Positions 28,366 through 37,441 are shown, counted from the first letter of the stretch. The stretch: 64,000 nt of DNA from Barnesiella sp. (GCA_045645425.1 JAZRIS010000001.1:76592-140591), one strand, 5' to 3'. The notes: generated by a model from the letters alone, not told the origin. Numbers and translations are program-made.

Positions 28366-30489
28366 ATGAAACGATATAACAAAATATTTTCTCTATTGCT
28401 TGTCTTCCTATCGCTTATAGGATTTATGTCATGCAAAGACGACTCGAACAATGTGGGCGAGGGTCGTTTAACATTGGGGATGCACGTTTCTGTTCCTCCT
28501 CAAAAAGGTGTAGAAGAGAGCGCACAACAACAAGCTGCCGATATGCTTGCCGATAGTTGTCGTGTGAGAATATACAATAGCAAAGGTCTTATTCGCTACT
28601 ACAAGGGTCTTAACAATGTACCCGACAACATGATGTTGGCAACAGGCGACTATCGCATCAAGGCTGTTACAGGCGACTCTGTTCCTGCTACTTTCACTAT
28701 GGGATATTATAGCGGAGAGAGCAATTTTACCATTGAGGCGGGTAAGACTACAAATGCCGAGGTTACTTGCAAGATTGTCAGCACCTTGGTAACAGTATCT
28801 TTTGCCGATGCGTTGCAAGATATCCTCACCGACTACAAGGTAACCATTGCTTCGCCCAACGCTTCTCTCGTATTTACCCACAATCACATCGATTCTATCG
28901 GTTACTTTATCCTGCCCAAAGATTGCACCCAACTCAGTTGGGCTATCGAAGGCTTGCGCTCCGATGGCAACACATATACTCAATCGGGTATCTTGCAGAA
29001 TGTCAAGCCGGCTATGAAGTACAACCTCAAGTTTGATTACAACGAGTCGGAATACAATCAAGGTGGTGCATACTTCAATCTCTTGGTCGATGAGCGCACG
29101 GTCGAAATGACCAATAACATTGTCATTTACAAGCGCCCCAGCATCACAGGTCTTGATTTTGACATTACTCGCCCCATCGTATTCGAGGAGAACTCGGGCG
29201 ACAACTTGTCGGTATATATCAACGCCTCTTCGGCTCTATCGCAAGTTGTTGTTTCGGCCGACAATCTCCAAGAAATGGGCTTCCCTGCCAACTCGGTAGA
29301 TTTTGTTGCCGCCAGCGAGATTACCCTCAACACTTGGGCGATGGCCGGATTGTCTTATCGCTATGAATATGACAGCGACAATGATATATCGGTTGCCAAG
29401 CTCACCCTTGCAGCGTCTCTCATCAGCAACCTCAAACAAGGCTCTTATATCATCGCTATTCGTGCCGCCGACATGCACGGTAAGGAATGGACCGAGCAAC
29501 TCAATATCACTATCTCCAATGCGGTTGTTATGACCGAGCAACTTATCCGTAGCGAGATTTGGGCCAAACGTGCAACCCTCAGAGGTAGCATTTTGCGTGA
29601 AACCGACGAGCCCTATTCGTTCCAATACCGCATCAAAAACGATGCTACTTGGACAAGTGTCGATGCTACTCGCAATGGCAACTCTATAACTGCTCAAATC
29701 GGCAATCTCACTCCCGGTAAGACTTATGAGTATCGTGCCGTTTCGGGCACTGTTCCTTCGGCTGTTACAATGGAATTTAACACCGAGAGTGCATTTGTTA
29801 TTCCCAACGCCGGATTTGAAAATTGGCACATGGATGGCAAGGTATTGCTCGTTTATGGCAGTGGCGAAGAGAAATGGTGGGACAGCGGTAATCATGGCTC
29901 ATCGACCCTCGACAAGAACATTACCACACAAGACACCGAGCTCAAGCACAGTGGCAAGTCTTCTATCAAGATGAAATCGCAATTTGTTGGTTTGGGTACC
30001 GTTGGTAGATTTGCTGCCGGTAACGTCTTTGCCGGAGTATATGCCGAGACAAAGGGTATGGATGGTATCTTGGACTTTGGTCGCCCCATCAATTCTCGTC
30101 CTTCCAAGCTCAAAGGTTACTACAAATATGTGACCGGTGAGGTCGATTATTCAAACACAGACGCCCTTCCCAAAGGCTCTCCCAACGATGTTGGTAGCAT
30201 ATACATTGCATTGGGCGATTGGGACGATCCTGTCCGCATCAACACAAAAACAGGAACTGTGTTTGACAAAAACGACGAGCATGTGATAGCTTATGGCGAG
30301 ATTATACAGACATCCAATACTCCCGAAGAAGGCCTCATACCTTTCACTATCGACATCGACTATCGTTCAACCGACCGCATCCCCACATATATTCTCCTTG
30401 TGGCTTCGGCAAGTTTCTATGGCGACTTCTTTACCGGTAGCTCACAAAGTACCATGTGGCTCGACGACTTGGAACTTGTATATGAATAA
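28366..30489 (+). CDS. Large modular lipoprotein C: DUF4493-like N-domain, FN3-like module, PCMD-like C-terminal domain
   Basis: Lipobox LIGFMSC|KDDSNN, motif GYYSGESNFTI...C...TLVTVSF, FN3-like NLTPGKTYEYRAV. C-module has FENWH..., FAAGNVFAGVY and SRPSKLKGYYKY, and ends ...MWLDDLELVYE. Confidence 0.8.
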   Translation: MKRYNKIFSLLLVFLSLIGFMSCKDDSNNVGEGRLTLGMHVSVPPQKGVEESAQQQAADMLADSCRVRIYNSKGLIRYYKGLNNVPDNMMLATGDYRIKAVTGDSVPATFTMGYYSGESNFTIEAGKTTNAEVTCKIVSTLVTVSFADALQDILTDYKVTIASPNASLVFTHNHIDSIGYFILPKDCTQLSWAIEGLRSDGNTYTQSGILQNVKPAMKYNLKFDYNESEYNQGGAYFNLLVDERTVEMTNNIVIYKRPSITGLDFDITRPIVFEENSGDNLSVYINASSALSQVVVSADNLQEMGFPANSVDFVAASEITLNTWAMAGLSYRYEYDSDNDISVAKLTLAASLISNLKQGSYIIAIRAADMHGKEWTEQLNITISNAVVMTEQLIRSEIWAKRATLRGSILRETDEPYSFQYRIKNDATWTSVDATRNGNSITAQIGNLTPGKTYEYRAVSGTVPSAVTMEFNTESAFVIPNAGFENWHMDGKVLLVYGSGEEKWWDSGNHGSSTLDKNITTQDTELKHSGKSSIKMKSQFVGLGTVGRFAAGNVFAGVYAETKGMDGILDFGRPINSRPSKLKGYYKYVTGEVDYSNTDALPKGSPNDVGSIYIALGDWDDPVRINTKTGTVFDKNDEHVIAYGEIIQTSNTPEEGLIPFTIDIDYRSTDRIPTYILLVASASFYGDFFTGSSQSTMWLDDLELVYE

Positions 30490-31267
30490 CATTCTTAAGA
30501 CATTGATGCTGACGATATTGCTCCCGGTATTTACTGCCGGAGCAATATCTGTGTCGGCTCAACAACAAGAGATTATTACCGATACTACCCTACTCGACAC
30601 TCCCCCATCGCGCGGTCTTAAACAACACACGTTTGTACCCAAAGGTCAGTGGATTGTGGGAGGTACCATTTCCTACTCTCAACAGAGCGAGCGCAACTAT
30701 CAGTTTCTCGTTGTCGAGGGTATCGATGGTGTGGGTTATAGTTTCAATGCAAGCCCTATGTTCAGTTATATGATAGCCGACAATATGGGCTTGGGTGGTC
30801 GTTTTTCTTATGGCCGCTCGCTTGTGAGAATTAACTCGGCCGACATCAACCTCAGCCCCGACCTCAATCTATCGGTCAGCGACATTTACAACCTCAGTCA
30901 CACATACACCGGTATGGTTGTCCTGCGCAATTATATCAGTATAGGCAACAATATGCGATTTGGCCTTTTCAATGAGACTCAGTTGCACATTGGTGGTGGG
31001 CAAAGCAAGTTGGTGAGTGGCAGTGGCGACAACATCACAGGCAGCTACGAAACGAGTTTCTCGGTGGGACTCAATTTGGCTCCCGGTATCACGGCTTTTT
31101 TCAATGACTTTGTGGCTGTCGAGGTAAATGTGGGCTTGTTGGGATTTAAATATACCAGCACGCAACAGATTACCGACCAAGTCTATGAGGGTAAAACCCA
31201 CACAACTACGGCCAATTTTCAGATTAATTTATTCTCAATAGGATTGGGAGTGGCTTTCTATATATGA
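30482..31267 (+). CDS. Small outer-membrane beta-barrel protein D
   Basis: The ATG at 30482 overlaps C's stop by 8 nt. Signal peptide ends ISVSA|QQQ. Amphipathic strand pattern; C-terminus ANFQINLFSIGLGVAFYI is paralogous to E. Confidence 0.7.
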   Translation: MNNILKTLMLTILLPVFTAGAISVSAQQQEIITDTTLLDTPPSRGLKQHTFVPKGQWIVGGTISYSQQSERNYQFLVVEGIDGVGYSFNASPMFSYMIADNMGLGGRFSYGRSLVRINSADINLSPDLNLSVSDIYNLSHTYTGMVVLRNYISIGNNMRFGLFNETQLHIGGGQSKLVSGSGDNITGSYETSFSVGLNLAPGITAFFNDFVAVEVNVGLLGFKYTSTQQITDQVYEGKTHTTTANFQINLFSIGLGVAFYI

Positions 31268-31274
31268 TGTTGTT

Positions 31275-32105
31275 ATGAAAAAGATGATGTGTATAATTGT
31301 CCTTGCGACAATAATGTGTGTTGTCAATACAACAACGCTATGGGCCTCACAACCCTATACAACTGCACTATCTGCTGCAAGCGACTCTATAAGTGGCACA
31401 ACAATAGATAGTGACGAAAAGAAAAATGTCCGTAAGTTTCAACGCGGTCTTACCAATTACAGTTTCATTAAGAAAAACGAGTGGATATGCGGTATTACCG
31501 CCTCATACACAGGATTTACAAGTGACGAGAGCGACTTGTTGTTGCTTGTCAAAGACTTCAACTTTACAGGCTCGCTATTTGGTGTCGATCCCTTTGTCGG
31601 CTATTTTGTCACCGACAATCAGTGTGTGGGTGTCAAACTTGGCTATTCGGCTACCAAGGGCAATTTAGGCAATTTCTCTCTCGATGTTATCGAGGGTATG
31701 CCCATAGCCCTCAGCAACCTCGAATATAATGCTCAATTCTACTCGGCCGGTATTTTTCATCGCGCCTATTTGGGATTGACTCATAGCGGACAGTTGGGTC
31801 TGTTCAACGAAACAAATCTCTCTTTCCGCAGTGGTGTAAGCCACTTTATAAGGGGTAATGAAGATGGTAGTTCTACCGACACCAAGACTCTCTCCAACGA
31901 GATTATCTTGGGTCTTTCGCCCGGTATTTCGGTCTTTATCATGGACAATGTCAGTGCCAGCGTTTCGGTGGGCATTTTGGGCCTCAGCTACAAGCACAAC
32001 AAACAATATGTCGAAGATGTGATGACCGGCGAATTTATTTCGAGCGGTGCCAATTTCCAGATTAACATCCTCAACATTAACATCGGTATTACTGTTCATA
32101 TATGA
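31275..32105 (+). CDS. Small outer-membrane beta-barrel protein E (paralog of D)
   Basis: 276 aa with a signal peptide. Shares G(L/I)FNETQL/NL..G and a C-terminal ANFQINILNINIGITVHI with D. Confidence 0.7.
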   Translation: MKKMMCIIVLATIMCVVNTTTLWASQPYTTALSAASDSISGTTIDSDEKKNVRKFQRGLTNYSFIKKNEWICGITASYTGFTSDESDLLLLVKDFNFTGSLFGVDPFVGYFVTDNQCVGVKLGYSATKGNLGNFSLDVIEGMPIALSNLEYNAQFYSAGIFHRAYLGLTHSGQLGLFNETNLSFRSGVSHFIRGNEDGSSTDTKTLSNEIILGLSPGISVFIMDNVSASVSVGILGLSYKHNKQYVEDVMTGEFISSGANFQINILNINIGITVHI

Positions 32106-32123
32106 TAGTTGATTGCTGATACA

Positions 32124-33686
32124 ATGAAAAGAAGAATATACAACATACTATGCCTCATGATGGCTCTATTGGCCTTTGTCGGATGTATCGAAAACGATAT
32201 ACCCTATCCTCGCATCCCCGCTCAAATACTTTCGGTCGAGGCCAATGGCTTGTTGCAAGCTCCGGCCATTGACAATGAGGCTCAAACTGTGAAGTTGGTA
32301 CTTGCCGATACGGTAAACCTCAAACGTGTCACTATCACTCAGGCTACTATTACCGACGAGGCTACGGCTTCTCCGTCAATAGTGGGCACTCACGACTTTA
32401 CAAGCCCGGTCGAGTTTACGTTGTCGCTTTACCAAGACTACCGCTGGACGATTGAGGCTTCGCAAGAAATTGAGCGTACAATATCTGTTGTAGGGCAAGT
32501 GGGCAATGCCATTATCGAGGCCAAATACAAGCGTGCCCGGGTTTTTGTCAATGAGCGCATAGACCTCTCGCAAGTCGAGTTCACCTCATTGCAATTAGGT
32601 CCCAAGGGCATTACCTCCTACTCGCCTACTCTATCACAATTACACGACTTCTCTCACGGGCCTCGTCAGGTAGAGGTTAGATACCACGACATCGTTGAGC
32701 AGTGGACTATATATGTCATTCACACCAAGAGCAATGTAACTCTCTCGTCGGTTGATGCGTGGACATGTGTAGCTTGGCTATACGGCAACGGATTGGAGCA
32801 AAACGACAACCGTTTTGAGGTGCGTGAAGCTTCTGCTACCGAGTGGACTGAAGTACCGGAGGAGTATATGGTAGAGCGTGGCAGTACTTTCTCGGCTCGA
32901 CTCATACACCTCAAGCCCAACACTCAATATGTGGCGCGTGCCGTTATCCCCGGCGAGACCAGCAATGAGATTGCCTTCACTACCGAGGGCGAGGTACCCC
33001 TGCCCAACGGAGGTTTTAATGATTGGTGGAAAGATGGCAGTGTGTGGAATCCGTGGGGCGAAAACGACACTCAATGGTGGGATACCGGCAACAAGGGTGC
33101 CTCTACCATGGGTGAGTCTAACACCATACCCACCGATGATGCGATACAAGGCAAAGCGGCTATGTTGCAAACCAAGTTTGTCGGCATAGGCGGATTGGGC
33201 AAACTTGCTGCCGGAAATATCTTTGTCGGCAGATTTGGCCGTGTGGAGGGTACCAATGGTGTCATACACCTTGGTCAGCCATTCAACCACCGCCCCACCA
33301 AGCTCAAGGGTTACTACAAGTACCGCACAGGTCTTATAGACCAAGCCGAGAAGGGTATGGAATATCTCAAAGGCAAGACCGACAGCATGTCGATATACAT
33401 CGCTCTTGGCGACTGGAACGAGCCGGTAGAGATACGCACCAACCCCAACAATCGCAAGCTCTTTGACATCAACGACCCGCACATCATTGCCTATCAAGCT
33501 ATCATTACGAGCGAAGAGAAAAGCGAATACACGCCTTTTGAGTTGGAGCTTGAGTATCGTTCTACTTCTCGCATCCCTAATTACATTATTATCATTGCAA
33601 GCAGTAGCAAGCTGGGCGACTTCTTTACGGGCAGTACACAGAGTGTATTGTATGTCGATGAGTTCTCGCTCGAATGGGACTATTGA
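32124..33686 (+). CDS. Lipoprotein F: Ig-like N-region, FN3-like module, PCMD-like C-terminal domain
   Basis: The ATG at 32124 gives MKRRIYNILCLMMALLAFVGC|IENDIP. FN3-like LKPNTQYVARAV. C-module has GGFNDWW..., LAAGNIFVGRF and HRPTKLKGYYKY, and ends ...LYVDEFSLEWDY. Confidence 0.8.
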   Translation: MKRRIYNILCLMMALLAFVGCIENDIPYPRIPAQILSVEANGLLQAPAIDNEAQTVKLVLADTVNLKRVTITQATITDEATASPSIVGTHDFTSPVEFTLSLYQDYRWTIEASQEIERTISVVGQVGNAIIEAKYKRARVFVNERIDLSQVEFTSLQLGPKGITSYSPTLSQLHDFSHGPRQVEVRYHDIVEQWTIYVIHTKSNVTLSSVDAWTCVAWLYGNGLEQNDNRFEVREASATEWTEVPEEYMVERGSTFSARLIHLKPNTQYVARAVIPGETSNEIAFTTEGEVPLPNGGFNDWWKDGSVWNPWGENDTQWWDTGNKGASTMGESNTIPTDDAIQGKAAMLQTKFVGIGGLGKLAAGNIFVGRFGRVEGTNGVIHLGQPFNHRPTKLKGYYKYRTGLIDQAEKGMEYLKGKTDSMSIYIALGDWNEPVEIRTNPNNRKLFDINDPHIIAYQAIITSEEKSEYTPFELELEYRSTSRIPNYIIIIASSSKLGDFFTGSTQSVLYVDEFSLEWDY

Positions 33687-33724
33687 GAGGCTCATATAGA
33701 GCAATAGAGCTCTTATCTATACAC

Positions 33725-33760
33725 ACGCACCCCACTGCCACAACGAGCAGTGGGGTGCGT
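33725..33760. terminator. Bidirectional terminator shared by the two convergent operons
   Basis: ACGCACCCCACTGC pairs with GCAGTGGGGTGCGT (14-bp perfect stem, 8-nt loop). Confidence 0.75.
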
Positions 33761-33784
33761 CTATTTTATACGATGTATAAACAA

Positions 33785-34462
33785 TTAGAAGGTTACACCC
33801 AAATTGAGGCTCCAAGCCAAGCCAAAATCAAATCCATGATAAAGTGTCACGTCTTGACCATAATTGTGCCATTCACCTTCTATAAGCAAATCGCGCGCCA
33901 TGAGTCCGGTAGAGAAATAGAGGCTGTAATCGCCATCGGTGCGGAAGTTCAAGCCAAACACAGGATTGACAAAGAAACACGATGGATTGTAGCTCACATC
34001 GGGAGCATTTTCAACCTCCTTCGAACCGGTCAAGTGTCCACCTATCGAGAAGGCAAAGAAGGGTTGGCAACGTGTGTCGGTAAAGTACAATCGTGCGTGC
34101 AAATAAAGAGGTATCGAGATAAGGTTATGACTCACACCAAAATTTCCATTTTCAAAATCATCTGATGGATATCCCCGGTCTGAATCTTCATAAATATAGT
34201 TGAAGTTGATACCAATACCCGCACCAAGGAAGAAAAGATTGCTGAAACGATAACCTCCTATGTAGTTGATACCTACATAGTTTGTTTCATCATCATTATC
34301 ATCGAAATTGGTTGCCACAGGCAACTCTATCGACTGCTCATACCCTGCCTCAAAGGCCTGCTTTTCTTTCACGGTAATGGTTTGCGCAGCCGTGATAAGC
34401 TGTGCCGACACCATCATAGGCAACAGTACTACTATGGCACTTAATAGCAATTTTCTACACAT
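33785..34462 (-). CDS. Paralogous small beta-barrel-type secreted protein G1
   Basis: 225 aa. Signal peptide ...MVSA|QLITAAQTITVKEK, strand-like motifs RFSNLFFLGAGIGINF, TDTRCQPFFAFSIGG, YNPSCFF, terminal ...LNLGVTF. Confidence 0.75.
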   Translation of the reverse strand: MCRKLLLSAIVVLLPMMVSAQLITAAQTITVKEKQAFEAGYEQSIELPVATNFDDNDDETNYVGINYIGGYRFSNLFFLGAGIGINFNYIYEDSDRGYPSDDFENGNFGVSHNLISIPLYLHARLYFTDTRCQPFFAFSIGGHLTGSKEVENAPDVSYNPSCFFVNPVFGLNFRTDGDYSLYFSTGLMARDLLIEGEWHNYGQDVTLYHGFDFGLAWSLNLGVTF

Positions 34463-34495
34463 AGTTTTGTCTTATCTTTTTGATTTATCTATTTT

Positions 34496-35170
34496 TCAGA
34501 ATGTTACACCTACACTCATCTTCATGGCTATACCTTCACCCATGTCATGATTTACATACGTTTCTTTATCAACGGGATCATAATATACCGTATATACAAT
34601 ATCACGTATCATGCAACCCACGGTCAAATACATACCCAACTTATCGTTTAGTTGATAGTTTACACCCAACTGCGGATTTATCATAAAACACGACGGATTA
34701 TAATACGCCTTATGGTACTTAGCATCTTTACGTCCGGTTACCTGTCCACCTACCGAGAGTGCAAAAAATGGCTGACAACGGGTATCGGTAAAATACAATC
34801 GAGTGTGCAGATATATCGGCACAGATACCAAGTTTTCGGGGCAGTCGCTACAATAAAGTCCATATACGTCGCTATAACTCAAATCAAAATCGTAACTATA
34901 AGAGTGAAAGTTAATACCAATACCGGCACCGAGAAAGAAAAGGTTACTGAAGCGAATACCTCCTATATACTCCAAGCCATATACGCTTCTATCACCACCC
35001 TTATCTTCAAAGTCGGTTGCATCCGTAAACTCTATCGATTGTTCGTAATGCAGTGGTTTTGCCGGCTTCTCTTTCACGGTAATGGTTTGCGCAGCAGTAA
35101 TAAGCTGTGCCGAGGCTACAGCCGGGAACATTAACGCTACAATTAATGCGATAAAGACTCTTTTTCTCAT
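34496..35170 (-). CDS. Paralogous small beta-barrel-type secreted protein G2
   Basis: 224 aa. Signal ...VASA|QLITAAQTITVKEK, same conserved strand motifs, terminal ...MSVGVTF. Confidence 0.75.
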   Translation of the reverse strand: MRKRVFIALIVALMFPAVASAQLITAAQTITVKEKPAKPLHYEQSIEFTDATDFEDKGGDRSVYGLEYIGGIRFSNLFFLGAGIGINFHSYSYDFDLSYSDVYGLYCSDCPENLVSVPIYLHTRLYFTDTRCQPFFALSVGGQVTGRKDAKYHKAYYNPSCFMINPQLGVNYQLNDKLGMYLTVGCMIRDIVYTVYYDPVDKETYVNHDMGEGIAMKMSVGVTF

Positions 35171-35182
35171 AATATTTCATTC

Positions 35183-35860
35183 TTAGAACGTTACACCAAG
35201 ATTAAGACTCCAAGCAAATCCAAATTCATAATAAAGTTCTACGTCTTGTCCATAATTATACCACGCACCTTCAATAATCAAATCGCGAGCCATAAGGCCG
35301 GTTGAGACATAGAAATCGCAATTACTATTGGTGCGGAAGTTCAAGCCAAACACAGGATTGAGAAAGAAACACGATGGATTATACGACACATCTTTAGCAC
35401 GTTCAACCTCCATCGAACCGGTCAAGTGTCCGCCTATCGAGAAGGCAAAGAAGGGTTGGCAACGCGTGTCGGTAAAATACAATCGTGCGTGCAAATAAAG
35501 AGGTATCGAAATCAAGTTGTGGCGTAATCCGAAGGTTCCTGAGCCATCATAATAATCACTTGGATAACCCCAAGTGAAATCTTCATAGAAATAATTGAAG
35601 TTGATACCAATACCCGCACCCAAGAAGAAAAGGTTGCTGAAACGATAACCACCGATATAGTTGATACCTACATAGTCTGTTCCATCATCCTTTTCATCAA
35701 AGTTGGTAGCAAAGGGCAGTTCAATCGACTGCTCATATCCTGCCTCAAAGGCCGGCTTCTCTTTCACGGTAATGGTTTGCGCAGCAGTAATAAGCTGCGC
35801 CGATGCTACTGCAGGGAGTAGCAAAGCAACAATCAATGCGATAAAAATAGATTTTTTCAT
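35183..35860 (-). CDS. Paralogous small beta-barrel-type secreted protein G3
   Basis: 225 aa. Closest to G1, with differences clustered in short patches. Terminal ...LNLGVTF. Confidence 0.75.
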   Translation of the reverse strand: MKKSIFIALIVALLLPAVASAQLITAAQTITVKEKPAFEAGYEQSIELPFATNFDEKDDGTDYVGINYIGGYRFSNLFFLGAGIGINFNYFYEDFTWGYPSDYYDGSGTFGLRHNLISIPLYLHARLYFTDTRCQPFFAFSIGGHLTGSMEVERAKDVSYNPSCFFLNPVFGLNFRTNSNCDFYVSTGLMARDLIIEGAWYNYGQDVELYYEFGFAWSLNLGVTF

Positions 35861-35872
35861 AGATATATAATT

Positions 35873-36583
35873 TTAGAATGTACAACCTATACTTGCCTTG
35901 AGATAAGGCATCATAATGTACGATATTTCCATGTGATCGCAATAAGGCTCGGCTTGGAACCAACAAGCTACATTGAGATACATCGAAAAGTTATTTCCAC
36001 ATCGCCAATTAACACCAACTGCCGGAGCAACAAGAAATCCGATACGACTATATTCGGCCGATTTACCCGTATATTCCCAATAATAACTATTATCCATAAA
36101 ATCTACGGTGGCTTGTGACGAAAATCTCACACCCATTGATGCTGAGAAAAATGGCTGAACACGACCTTTACCAAGATAGGCACGCACATGCGCATATAGA
36201 GGCACATTAATTACAGATTTAAGTAATAGTCCTCGCTCTTGATTTCCAAACTTTGTGTACGAATTATCATTATAATTACTCGAATCAATGTCGTAATATA
36301 AACCAATACCGGCACCAACAAAGAGTGTGTTATTAAATCTATAACCACCTATATAATCGGCGCCAAATGCAGGTGTAAAATGTAAACGATCTCCATCCAT
36401 GAAAGCCAAATCGGTAATACCTAAAAAATATAGCTCTACCGATTGTTCATAACCGGGTTCAATAGCAGAAAGTATTTTTTTCTCCTTTACCGTAATGGTT
36501 TGCGCAGCAGTAATAAGCTGCGCCGAGGCTACAGCCGGAAATAGAATGGCTACAATAGCACATATAATCAACTTGACTTTCAT
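35873..36583 (-). CDS. Paralogous small beta-barrel-type secreted protein G4 (most divergent)
   Basis: 236 aa. Same signal and mature N-terminus ...VASA|QLITAAQTITVKEK. Lacks the two Cys found in G1-G3. Terminal ...ASIGCTF. Confidence 0.7.
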   Translation of the reverse strand: MKVKLIICAIVAILFPAVASAQLITAAQTITVKEKKILSAIEPGYEQSVELYFLGITDLAFMDGDRLHFTPAFGADYIGGYRFNNTLFVGAGIGLYYDIDSSNYNDNSYTKFGNQERGLLLKSVINVPLYAHVRAYLGKGRVQPFFSASMGVRFSSQATVDFMDNSYYWEYTGKSAEYSRIGFLVAPAVGVNWRCGNNFSMYLNVACWFQAEPYCDHMEISYIMMPYLKASIGCTF

Positions 36584-36635
36584 AGTGAATTAGTTTTAAA
36601 AGATAATTATCAAATACCGGCAGTTATAGCCTGCA

Positions 36636-37151
36636 TTATTTCTCTTTTACTTTCACATCGACCGACTTGCTCTTGCGCAGTATCTCGGTATTGTCTTGTC
36701 CGTATGTGGCCAAACGAGCCTCTTGGACATTCTCAATATCGGCTCTCGTTGCGTTACGGAAGTTGGTATATTTGGCAGGATAACCACTCACGGTTATCTC
36801 CAACAAGCCTTCGTCGTTGGTAATAACATCTATGATTGTACCCACAAGCAAGTCGGCATCATGCGCCTTGGCAGCTTTGCTCAATGCTATCTTCTTGAGG
36901 TCGGGCATCATGGCCTTTATTTGCTCGGCATTGCCGGCTGTAACAGGAAAAATTTTATAGGCTTCTTTCTCGGTATAAGTAATCTTGTTGGGCGACACTA
37001 CTACATCGGCAATGAGTGGTGCTGTCATCATGTAATGATCGGGCTCAAGCGTGCGTGTAGATGACTCTTGATAAACAACTCGTGTATCGCGTTGCGCAAA
37101 TACTACAAGCGACAGACTTGCCATAGCAAGTACAAACATAATGCGTTTCAT
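36636..37151 (-). CDS. Secreted hypothetical protein H (first gene of the G operon)
   Basis: The ATG at 37151 gives MKRIMFVLAMASLSLVVFA|QRD. 171 aa, no recognisable family. Its stop is 52 nt upstream of the G4 start. Confidence 0.6.
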   Translation of the reverse strand: MKRIMFVLAMASLSLVVFAQRDTRVVYQESSTRTLEPDHYMMTAPLIADVVVSPNKITYTEKEAYKIFPVTAGNAEQIKAMMPDLKKIALSKAAKAHDADLLVGTIIDVITNDEGLLEITVSGYPAKYTNFRNATRADIENVQEARLATYGQDNTEILRKSKSVDVKVKEK

Positions 37152-37200
37152 GGTGTAAAACTCTTGGATACCTCTTACATCCTCTCTGAGGTAATAATAC

Positions 37201-37400
37201 AAAAAAAGCGTGAGGATATTGTTGCTTATCTTTTACGAGGTATCGCCAAACACCTTACAGAGAATAAACAGTCCACCCCACGCGGAGCCGATACCCCGGC
37301 GGGGTGATATGGCTGAGCATGAGCGTTTTGTTGACTGCTAAATCTTTCTCTGTTTGAAATTTTGGCGATTTTCGTAAAAGAAGATTAAGCACAAACGCTT
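37201..37400 (-). ncRNA. Unclassified ~195-nt multi-segment hairpin RNA with 3' U-tract (sRNA or leader attenuator candidate)
   Basis: Nested complementary segments: 37206-11/37395-400, 37223-28/37386-91, 37230-38/37372-80, 37242-50/37361-69, 37257-64/37346-53, 37269-73/37333-37, 37274-79/37301-06, 37287-90/37297-300. On the minus strand the structure is followed by TTTTTTT (37201-37207). The promoter box at 37442-37449 lies upstream. Confidence 0.4.
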
Positions 37401-37441
37401 AAAAAAAATGTAACAACAAAAGGTCTCAACCTTTCGATTTA

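Noticed and set aside
37290-37340. GGGGTG...GCTGAG and GATATGGC strings (plus strand) reminiscent of TPP and purine riboswitch cores.
   Set aside because: The rest of each consensus is missing: ACCC...GAACCTGA...GGGA for TPP, and the TATAAT / CCGTAAAT / GACTA elements for purine. No plus-strand gene lies downstream either.
37230-37380. Inverted repeats of about 20 bp (CTTTTACGAGGTATCGCCAAA / TTTGGCGATTTTCGTAAAAG) considered as an invertible promoter (inverton) or a MITE.
   Set aside because: The sequence between the arms is itself self-complementary (further nested helices), not unique DNA. I found no TAnnTTTG box inside it on either strand, no flanking target-site duplication, and no second copy in the window. 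The MITE reading is not fully excluded and is kept as an alternative under the RNA finding.
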